From Setoptus koraiensis (Eukaryota; Animalia; Arthropoda), in NCBI GenBank assembly GCA_048013815.1, contig CM106586.1, positions 3,348,001-3,412,000 on the forward strand: 64,000 nt of DNA, given 5' to 3'. Below, piece after piece: positions 14,706 to 24,216 of the stretch. Position numbers and translations under genes: made by a program. The number at the start of each line of letters is the position of its first letter. Within the stretch, counting starts at the first letter, position 1. Below the pieces are notes generated by a model. The model made no database searches. It worked only from the letters and a program-made list of their open reading frames with translations, and was not told the origin of the DNA.

Positions 14706-15991
14706 GTCGCAACTTGTTGTTTATAGTTTCACCTGTTGTGATTCAGATCGCTGATACGATGCCTACTGCCGTTGCCAGACTGACTGATGTTAGTCATCGT
14801 CAACGAACGCAGTCTAGTTATTGCCTAGGTGCTGCTGCTGCTGTCACGTAGACATTTTTGCCTGTCGTTGCGCTGGCTGCAACGAGCAAGCAAAAATGCC
14901 GCCATCTATCATCTGAATCATTCAAATATTACGCTCGTCGGACGGAATGCGTTCGCTCTAGACTCTAGAGCAGTGGCGTGAGTTTTACTGTATTGTAAAT
15001 TGTTTAAAAACAACAGTTGGCAATTGTAGGAGGCTCTCATGGTGGCAATAATTAGTATTTCATCAGTATTTTTGGTAAACAACAACATCAACTTGCGCGA
15101 CACACATACACAAAAACACACGAAAGTCGAAGCGGCTGTCGATCTGTGTTAATCCAGTCGTCTGATCTGTCTGTTGTTGACAATAACAACGACAATAACA
15201 ACAACAACAACAACAACGACGACAACAACAAAAAAGGTGAGATGTTATGCGCACAGAGGCAACAGGTGCGATCGGATCACCTTGAGATCGAACAGTCTGA
15301 TGCCGACTGCGAGTGTGCGTGTGAGAGCTGGCTGACAAAGAGCAAACATAGGAAGTGAAGCTCGAGTGAAGCCATTAAAGTGCTTGCATCTATCGCGCAA
15401 ACAAACTCTTTTAATATATTCGCAGCCCCATCTGACAAGTCGGCTTGCTTGTGTCGGGCTGTGTCCGCAGGCTGCCGCCGTCGAGAAATCAGCCAAGTAG
15501 AGACAACAACAACGCCGACAAACGGCCGCCACAAATCGGTTAAAAGTTGGCGAGAGAATTCAAACGTGAGGCCGTCCAACTAACCATTCCGCCGCGCACA
15601 TAGACAGATATTGGAGCTCATGGCGGCCTCGTTGTGCCGCATAGTGCTGCAGAACGAGCACTGCCAGCAACTTGCTGGCAGCAAGGATTCCTCCATGCCT
15701 GCTGGTAATGTTGTTGTTGTTGCTGCTGCATTGGTCTGGCATTCGCGAGTATTAATAGCAGGTTGTTGTTGTCGCCAATTGTTGCGGCCTTGACTCGCTC
15801 TCTCTCTCTCGCTGCAACTTGCTCAGATTGTTTCTCCGCTGGAAAGAACTCACTCATTCCAATTGGCACTCGCAAGCGCTCGCAAGCATCATGTAAACAC
15901 AAGCTCAACTGATTAGAGCCTGCAAACGAAAGTAAACTCGGCAGCCATATATCATTGTGTTAGCCGGCTCACTGGCTGGCCAACTGGCGAC

Positions 15992-16161
15992 TCGATCGGC
16001 AACTCGATCCGAAACGATTCAATCCGATTCGTTTCGATTCGACTCGACTCGGTCCAATCCGGCCGAGCCGAGCCGAACCGAGCCTGGCCGATCCGATCCG
16101 AACATAACCGAACCCAGCACAACCGAACTGAGCTGAGCCAAGCCAAGCCAAGCCGAACGGA
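15992..16161 (+). repeat. Degenerate pentamer array, ~34 units
   Basis: 5-bp period: cgatt, cgact, ccgag, ccgat, ccgaa, ctgag, ccaag. Confidence 0.85.
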
Positions 16162-16798
16162 GCGAGCCAACTTGCAAAGCGGTCACAATTGATCGAGATC
16201 TATTGTAAAGTGCAGCGCTTGCAGTGTCGCTACGCTAGCTGGCGGAGCGCTGCTCGTCAGAACCCGTGTAACCCGTCGTCTACCACTGCAACGATCACTA
16301 CAATGGTTACTATTGTCGACTTTTGCTACATAACAACACATGATCTGTCTAATGGGTTGCAGCTCAGTTAACATTGGAATGGAGCGCACATTCCAACATT
16401 TCGTTAAATTCAATTATTTTATAAAATTAGACAGATTTTAGTGGCTCTCAATAATAGCTGCTGCCTGTTGAGCCGGCGGCAACCTGAGCTAGCCCGGCAA
16501 ACCCAGCTAGCCCGGCGAGCCAATGTAATGGATTGTCAATCAAGCAACACACAATCATGAGCGGCAGCTAGCGGAAACGTTGCCGCTGTCTCTGCGTATT
16601 GGAACGCCGTCTTTGTTGCTGTTGTCGCTTTCTGGCCAACTAGCTACAATCTGGCCAACTGACTCAATCAAATCACACACACACAGATATAGCTAAAATA
16701 ATAACTATATGGTAAAAGGCGCACACTTCATTAGTTTGCTTTATGTGACTAACCAGCCTTCTCTCTAATCACCGCCTGTTATTATTATGTAACTCAAA

Positions 16799-16800
<2 letters not shown>

Positions 16801-16860
<60 letters not shown>
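16801..16860 (+). repeat. (TG)n followed by (AG)n compound microsatellite
   Basis: Direct reading. Confidence 0.97.
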
Positions 16861-18024
16861 TTAGACACTTAGAGGAAATGCCATAGTTTTACATTCGGTT
16901 TTGGGGCCAACACACAAAAGCCAACACACGTGTACAGCGAAGGCACGTAAATTGCGCTCGCTCGACGGCTTGTCAATGGCAATGTGGCCAGCGCCGCACT
17001 TTGTTGTAAAATGTTTATAGGGTGGAAAATAATAGCCCATTATGGGCAATAAAAGCCACAACACTAATATATTTTCTGGCACAGACTCGACAAATCAAAT
17101 ATTAGTGAGCGGATGATGGCGATACTTTTGTTTTTCGCAGCTGCAGCGCGCAGCGCACACACACACACAATGCGACAAATGCGCTCCCAACGATCGGCAA
17201 ACTATTGTCAATTTGCCACCATTGGCCATGATAGCGCTGTTTGTGGCAAATTTTATGCCATCAATGGGCAACAATGCTGCCTGTTTTGACTTGTTTTGCC
17301 ACACAAAACCGTCCGTCGGCCACAAAGATCGCCCATTGATGGCAAATTTTGCCATTTTGCTGCGCTGTGTCCACCAGTGCCGCTGATAATGCATAATTTT
17401 GAATGCATAATGATCATGGACACAAAAACTTTCACCTGCCCACTTGACCAGCACACACACACACACACAATCAGCTCAATAGGCAAGCTGTGCCAGATAT
17501 AAAGTGTGCTCGAGTCCCTATACAGGTCCGCTACGGCAGCGTCATTCTATTTCTGTATGTCGCTGCCAAGTGACCGGCCGACCAGTCTAGCCAATTTATA
17601 TATAGATCCCATGTATTGGGGGATTATAACGGGCGTCGCAGGCTGGAGTGGCCCTAAACGACCAGTCACACATATCAAGTTGAGAGTTAGCAGCAGCGGC
17701 AACGGCAACAAGTCAAGAGGAATATTCACAGATATTATTATTATTATTATTATTATTGGTATGCGTTGGCAATAAGGATCTGAAGCCAATTGTTGGCCGG
17801 CCGGCCGGCCAGCGAGCGTCTTCAGCGGTCAGTGGCTATTTTTACACAGCTGCCAAGCTGGCCGAACATGCATTAGAGCCATGCAGTGCAGCGGTCGACA
17901 AATGCTACAGGCATGGCCAACTCTTTGCTCTCCTTCTTTGTTCCTTCGCCCCTCTCAAAATAAGTTCTCTTTCAGTTTTACAATTCTTATTCTCATCGTT
18001 GCCGCTTGTAAATTATTATTATTC

Positions 18025-18035
18025 AACAGCAACAA

Positions 18036-18118
<83 letters not shown>

Positions 18119-18122
18119 ACAA
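18025..18122 (+). repeat. (AACAGC)n hexanucleotide repeat, ~13 pure units with CAA flanks
   Basis: Direct reading; source of the (NS)n/(TA)n ORFs. Confidence 0.95.
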
Positions 18123-19509
18123 ACACCGACTGCATGCAGCCGTCAACTCGACCAATCCGACAATCATTTATTACGTCATCTCTCATGAAGGCTATCTAAT
18201 GTAACTGACACAACAAAGAGTCTCTGTTGTGTGTGACGAAGGTGGAAGGCTAGTGGTTGGCGACGGATGACTCAAGGCTAGCTCTCTCTCCCTCTCTTTC
18301 TCTCGGTCTGTCCATCTGTCTCCTTAACTCATTCTCAATCAGTCATTGTTGTTGTCTGGCAGTCGCCGCGGTACGATTAATGGCCGCTTATAACACAGCA
18401 AACTGCTGACCAGAGCAACAATTGATGATGATGATGTTGTTGTTGTTGTTGTTGTCATTGGCCAGAGAGGAAGGGCCCAAGAGTCGCTTTCTTTCTTCGC
18501 TCCTCTTCGCTTCTCAACTCTTTGTCTCAACTCGCCAACTCGTTCTTTCGTAGTGCCTTTCACAGTGCCGCTTGTAGTGGCAGCTTGTTTCGACCACCAT
18601 AAGACCATTAGCCTCACATGAAAGAACTCGACTCTTGCTGATTGCATCATTCCTATGCGCTCTTTTGTTGTTCACCATCATCATCATCTGTTGACCAAGC
18701 TGCTGCCAGTTTGTGCTGGATGTGTGTTGGTTGCTAGTTGATGGTTGTTGTTGTTGTTCTGCGTTGGCGATGGTGGCAGCGGCGGCGGCGGCGATGATGA
18801 TGATGATTATGATGAAGAAGCCATGAATTGATGATAATTGCTTTAGAATTATACGCGGCCCAACTTGTGAGACTGCCAAATTATATTTAGACTTTAGCTG
18901 CTTCACTCTACTACTAACAGCCAGAAAAAGAGAGAGAGAGAGAGACCTGTATGCCCTGTCCTGCAATAAACAAGCTGCTGCTAGCTCTTACATAACCATA
19001 GTTGTTAGTATACATCAGGTTTCGAGTCGCTTTCACTAGTTGCTGTTGTTGTTGTTGTTGTTGACGCTATCTATTGCGTCATCTCACATGACCATTGTGG
19101 CCTTGAGATTCTAACATAACTCTGAAGCATTTACTCGATTCAATTCAACTCAGCTTTGTCAGTTCGGCTCGCCTTGTCTTGCCTTGCTTCAGCTTGTTTT
19201 GGCTTGGCTCGCTTCGATGGCTAGAGATGCAGAGTTAGAGAAACTGCTGCTGCTGGTAGTAGCTTTTATTTTCATCCTCGCAAAACATGTACTAGTATTA
19301 TAATTTATTATCTAACTACAATCCTTCTTCTACAGCTACATTTTATTCTACTTATACTACTAGTACAGATGCTGCCAATACAACAACTCGACAACAACAA
19401 CTACTACTTCTTCTTCTACTGGCACTGCAACTACTAGTATCTCAGATTGTCTAGTGTAAGATCATGGAGCGAGAGAACAGAGAGAAAGATTGCGTGAATA
19501 TGCTCAGAC

Positions 19510-19513
<4 letters not shown>

Positions 19514-19548
<35 letters not shown>
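19514..19548 (+). repeat. (AG)n microsatellite
   Basis: Direct reading. Confidence 0.97.
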
Positions 19549-19553
<5 letters not shown>

Positions 19554-20746
19554 GAGTCAAGTGGAAGATGTTTACTCTTTGGGTTGCCGATGCATAGTAA
19601 TGTTTATTTTTAGCAACTTGGGTTACAAGATAAACGTTGACCAACTCATTGATGGCTACTTTTGGGGTCGTGGCTAGTTCGTTTAGAAGGCTGACACGAT
19701 CGGCATGTCAGGGTCATCAAGATGCACTTATATAGTCATATTTGCATTTAATTGTTCTACCACTACTAATTAAAACTATACAAACCGTGTCGATGCACCG
19801 ACAATTTTCTCTGGCAACGGAACCCTCATTGACAACGATCACATAATGATCATCATAGGCAGTTATGTCGCTGCCATGGCGAGCTGTTCACAACATCTAC
19901 TAACTTGGCCTGTCTCTATATAAACAACGACCATTTGGTTCTGTCGTTTGTTGTTGTGAACCTCTATCAATTCTAATAATGAATTCAATTATTTCATGAA
20001 ATCATATCCGCTTTAGTGAAATCAATAATGGCTGAATAACCTAGAAGCTCATGAGCTAATATGATGCATTGCCAGTCGCTTGCTGATTGGGTGATTGGGT
20101 TTGTCACTTGACCGAACAGATCATGCGGACCTTTTGTAGTGTGACCATCTTTCAGTGGAGGCCAGCGCGCAGGTAACTCGCGCATTAGTGCCCGGTTTAT
20201 CTGTTGCCCGATGGAACCCCAAAATGAATTTTATGTTGCCAAGTCACATTAGTTGCGACAGTGGAATTAGACAATTTCACATTTCCAGAGAAAAATGTAC
20301 CAGAATCGCCAGAATGGCCATGACAAGTGTACAAGTGTTAGCCAACAAACAGCACTGTTGATCGCAATTCGCGATCAAATCAACTTTTTGTTTTAACGCC
20401 TTTCGTAATTCGCGGCTATATTTGAACACATGCGCACAACGACAGCTTGAACGGTCCTGCAGAGTCAAAGGCCCTGGCCAGGTACACGCGCGCTTATGCA
20501 GCATGTGATTCAAAAGAACATTATTACGTGACCCACGTATGAGGATTTTCCAGTGTTGTCATTCGGATTTAATTTACATCTTCAACTATCATTATTACTA
20601 ATCATTACTATTAATTTAACTATTTACTACTATTATACACTTATACACACGCATTACGGCCGTCACAATCTAGAAATTGAAACTATTGATCTGTTTGTCG
20701 AACAGTCACTACTTAAGCTATAACTATTAGAAATTATTACTTAAAT

Positions 20747-22549
20747 ATGATGCCCAATTTCGGCCAGGCTGCGGTGCCCACAACCAGCGCGCCTACGTCG
20801 TCAACGCCAGCCTTTGGCAATCTCTCTACCTTTGGAGGATTCGGAACCAGTAGTCCGGCAACTACCCAAGCTACCGGTGCCCCTACATCGGCCCCATCCC
20901 TGTTCAACGTGATGCCCACATTTGGCCAAACTGCAGCAACGACCGCTGCCCCTTTGGGCTCCACACCGTCAACATCAACCTTTGGCAATCTCTCTGCGTT
21001 TGGAGGGTTCGGTGCCAGCAGTCCGGTAACAACCTCAAATGTTGGTGCCGCCACCGCCCCAACAACATCCGCACCGTCCTTATTCAATGTGATGCCTACT
21101 TTCGGACAAGCTCCGGCCACCACCACTAGCGCAGCGCCATCGGGTCCCACATCGTCAACACCAACCTTTGGCAATCTCTCTACCTTTGGAGGATTCGGTG
21201 CCAACAGTTCGCTAACAACCTCAAATCCTCCTGCCGCCACCGCTCCTACAACATCGGCGCCGTCCTTGTTCAACGTGATGCCCACTTTTGGTCAAACTGC
21301 AGCGACCACCGCTGCACCACTGGGCTCCACATCGTCAACGCCAGCCTTTGGCAATCTTTCTACCTTTGGAGGATTCGGTGCACAGACTCCGGCAACAACC
21401 TCAACTACTAACACCATAACCGCTCCCACTACATCGGCCCCTTCCTTGTTCAATATGATGCCCACTTTTGGCCAAACTGCAGCAACTACAACAAGCGCAA
21501 CACCAGCCCCCTCTAGCGCGGCACCATTAAGTTTGACATCGTCAACACCAGCCCTTGGCAATCTCTCTGCGTTTGGAGGATTTGGTGCCAACAGTCCGGT
21601 AGCAGCCCCAAGTGCTAGTGCCACCACCGCTCCCACAACATCGACGCCGTCTTTATTCACTATGCCTACTTTCGGTCAAGCTGCAGCAACTACCACCGGC
21701 GCAACACCAACCACCACTAGCGCAACACCATCCGCTCCCATATCGTCAACACCAACCTTTGGCAATCTATCTACATTTGGTGGGTTCGGTGTCAATAGTC
21801 CGGCAACAACCTCAGCCACTACAACCGCAACTGCTCCTGCAACATCGGCACCGTCCGCACCGTCGGCACCGTCTCTGTTCAATTCCATCTCAACTTCTGC
21901 GACCACTGCTGCCACCATTACCAACAACAACAACACCACCTCCACTGTAAACAATACCAACACCACCACTCAGACGACCACAGCCCCTACTACTACAGCG
22001 CAAACAACGAGTGCACCTCCAATCACTCAAACTATGACATTTAGGCAGTTGGAGGATCAAATTAACATATGGACTAATGATTTGAACCAATTAGAAAGTG
22101 ATTTTCATTCTCAAGCCCAGACTATCAATGCTTGGGATTCTCTTCTCATTAACAATGCGTTTAAGATTACTCAGATAGATGAATCCGTTGAGAAATTGAA
22201 GACAGAAAATATGAAACTAGACAGGCAGTTAGATTTCATCGTTGCACAGCAGAACGAGTTAGAGCAACTATTAGAACCTTTAGAAAAGATGAAATCTGAG
22301 AATAGCTCAAATGATGTTGTTAATAGTGAAAGAGAAGCCACATATAACTTAGTGGAAACTGTTCAAAATGACCTCCAATCAATCGGCGATGATCTACACA
22401 ATTTCATCAAAAGACTGAATGATACCAGCACCGAAGAGGACACCACTGACCCCATCAATCAGATAGAAATGGTTTTGAACGCGCAGATGGATGCATTGCA
22501 ATGGATAGAAAACCAAATCCATCAGCGGAATAAATCATTGGAACGATAG
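20747..22549 (+). CDS. NUP62: Nucleoporin Nup62/Nsp1 (FG nucleoporin), 600 aa, single exon
   Basis: Thr/Ser/Ala-rich FG-repeat N-terminus, then the Nsp1-type coiled coil (MTFRQLEDQINIWTNDL...AQTINAWDSLLINN...LDRQLDFIVAQQNELEQLLEPLE...EREATYNLVETVQNDL...LNAQMDALQWI). Confidence 0.93.
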   Translation: MMPNFGQAAVPTTSAPTSSTPAFGNLSTFGGFGTSSPATTQATGAPTSAPSLFNVMPTFGQTAATTAAPLGSTPSTSTFGNLSAFGGFGASSPVTTSNVGAATAPTTSAPSLFNVMPTFGQAPATTTSAAPSGPTSSTPTFGNLSTFGGFGANSSLTTSNPPAATAPTTSAPSLFNVMPTFGQTAATTAAPLGSTSSTPAFGNLSTFGGFGAQTPATTSTTNTITAPTTSAPSLFNMMPTFGQTAATTTSATPAPSSAAPLSLTSSTPALGNLSAFGGFGANSPVAAPSASATTAPTTSTPSLFTMPTFGQAAATTTGATPTTTSATPSAPISSTPTFGNLSTFGGFGVNSPATTSATTTATAPATSAPSAPSAPSLFNSISTSATTAATITNNNNTTSTVNNTNTTTQTTTAPTTTAQTTSAPPITQTMTFRQLEDQINIWTNDLNQLESDFHSQAQTINAWDSLLINNAFKITQIDESVEKLKTENMKLDRQLDFIVAQQNELEQLLEPLEKMKSENSSNDVVNSEREATYNLVETVQNDLQSIGDDLHNFIKRLNDTSTEEDTTDPINQIEMVLNAQMDALQWIENQIHQRNKSLER

Positions 22550-22550
22550 T

Positions 22551-22569
22551 TTTATTTCATATGAATAAA
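22551..22569. terminator. Back-to-back polyadenylation signals for convergent NUP62 (+) and GNPNAT1 (-)
   Basis: AATAAA at 22564-22569 (+) and TTTATT at 22551-22556 (AATAAA on -), both in the 39-bp gap between the stop codons. Confidence 0.6.
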
Positions 22570-22588
22570 AATTTGTTTGCAACAGTCA

Positions 22589-23194
22589 CTACCCGTCTAT
22601 GGCTAGTGTAGCCTCATCAAATCTTATGCCCATCATGTGGCATTGTAATTTGAAATCATTCTTCTCGTAGAAAGGCACTAAATCATCTTTACAATCCAGA
22701 CTAATCTTGTAGCAATGATACACCTCATTGGCCAAATCTACGATTAATTTCACTACAATTTGACCAATTCGTTTTCCTCTATAACTGTCCAAAACGGCAA
22801 CATCTTCAAGACGTGCTCTGTAGGCACATTGATGGATGAACTTAAACTCGAGAAACAATGTTGATGCCCCGACTATCTTCCTGGCAACGGAATCCTCGAT
22901 CACAACAATTACATAATGATCGACGCTGGCATTCATGTTGATTTGTTTCATTTCGTCGAATCGTCTCGCGAATGTGGTCGAGTCAATCTCACCAACGACT
23001 GTTAATTGACTTAATAATTCTAGGTAACCATTGTGATAATCGTCCGAACAAAGAGGTCGAGCGACAAGATTGTACTTGCCAAGTTCTTGCTTGATTGTGG
23101 GCCAAGATTTTAATTTTGTCAGTTTATCTGGATCGAATAGATAGGTTGGTGTTGTGGCACGCCTCGAGCAACAGCTTACATGAATAGCAGCCAT
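22589..23194 (-). CDS. GNPNAT1: Glucosamine-6-phosphate N-acetyltransferase (GNAT family), 201 aa, single exon
   Basis: RPLCSDDYHNGYLELLSQLTVVG, YVIVVIED, IVGASTLFLEFKFIH, RLEDVAVLDSYRGKRIG, CYKISLDCKDDLVPFYEK match the GNA1/GNPNAT1 motifs. Confidence 0.96.
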   Translation of the reverse strand: MAAIHVSCCSRRATTPTYLFDPDKLTKLKSWPTIKQELGKYNLVARPLCSDDYHNGYLELLSQLTVVGEIDSTTFARRFDEMKQINMNASVDHYVIVVIEDSVARKIVGASTLFLEFKFIHQCAYRARLEDVAVLDSYRGKRIGQIVVKLIVDLANEVYHCYKISLDCKDDLVPFYEKNDFKLQCHMMGIRFDEATLAIDG

Positions 23195-23569
23195 ATTGGA
23201 TGGAATTTGGTCTATCAGTTACTTTGATGGTGATAGCTGGAAATCAATTATATTCTTAATAATTAGTGTTAGTTTTGTGTAATTGTCACTAAAGTTGTTC
23301 ATTTTTCCTTTCAAAAAGAACATTAAAATGGATCAGATTTCGGAAAATCGAGCGAGTCATGTGTTTTCTTTTTATAAACACAAACACCAAACAAACACAA
23401 ACAAACGCACGCACGTACTGACAGTGCAGAAGCCGCATGCCGATGAAGAGAGGTCGGCTGATACCATTTTGTTTATCATTCATTCCATCATACATTTTTC
23501 GATATTGCATAATAATATGATGGTATCATTGCATATATTATTACATTCAATTTTCGGACAGGAACCAGA

Positions 23570-23893
23570 ATGTCCAGCGCAGGCCCGAGTCCAGATGACA
23601 TATTAGCTAATTTGATCGACGATGTGATATTCAGTGAGTGCCTACAAATTCATCGAGCGGCTAAGATGGGATTAATATTTACGGACGCCGGCGATGAGTC
23701 ATGCAAAATTAAGGACGAGGCCGGTTTAGATGTGTTTGGTCAGCCATTGACCAAGACAAAGAAGCAGTACAATTGTATCTGTCCCAATTGTGATCGTAAT
23801 TTGGCCGCTGCCAGGCTAGCGCCACACCTCGAGAAATGTATGGGCATGGGGAGAATGCCATCAAGGTCGACCAAGAGATCAGCCAACAACTAG
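23570..23893 (+). CDS. SGF11: SAGA deubiquitination-module subunit Sgf11 (ATXN7L3-like), 107 aa; head-to-head with GNPNAT1 (375 bp between ATGs)
   Basis: N-terminal helix LANLIDDVIFSECLQIHRAAKMG, GLDVFGQ, and zinc finger CICPNCDRNLAAARLAPHLEKCMGMGR. No SCA7 domain. Confidence 0.93.
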   Translation: MSSAGPSPDDILANLIDDVIFSECLQIHRAAKMGLIFTDAGDESCKIKDEAGLDVFGQPLTKTKKQYNCICPNCDRNLAAARLAPHLEKCMGMGRMPSRSTKRSANN

Positions 23894-24216
23894 TTGTATT
23901 TATCTGAGCATCTGTAGACTCAAAATTGACGCTATCGTTTATGGCTTTTAATAATAATCTCATTGAGCGACATTAACATTATTTTAAGGGTCTCTTCTAC
24001 ATAAACTAACAACATGTATTGGTTTGGAAGATTTAATATTTGATTGGCATCCGCGATACTTCATGATCGAGCCAACGGTCAACTTTTTACTATGTTATCA
24101 TGCAATTCGCTTGTCATGTTCTGATGAATCATCTACATGGGTTTTGTTAATATGATACGGTTGTGATGGTAATTAAAAACTGAGATTTTAATGACATTAC
24201 ATCACCATCTGTGTTC

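Larger units (their letters stand above)
1..19600. repeat. Microsatellite/low-complexity-rich tract with no supportable protein-coding gene
   Basis: Dense (CAA/GTT)n, (CA/GT)n, (GA)n, (AACG)n, (GCTG)n and short minisatellites. ORFs in the track here are mostly dominated by poly-N/Q/T/V/L/C runs read off the repeats; none matches a family I recognise. Confidence 0.75.

Noticed and set aside
18514-18966. 150-aa minus-strand ORF with a signal-peptide-like FFIIIIIIIAAAAAA stretch
   Set aside because: No in-frame ATG before the hydrophobic run, which derives from (ATC)n/(GCC)n repeats.
111-19000. Dozens of 60-214-aa ORFs in the first 19 kb, some Cys-rich or with hydrophobic runs
   Set aside because: They overlap in several frames and both strands and mostly translate microsatellites; no recognisable domain or coherent exon chain.
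20737-21969. Minus-strand ORFs with repeated GLLAPNPP(K/N)VERLPK
   Set aside because: Antisense shadows of the NUP62 FG repeats.
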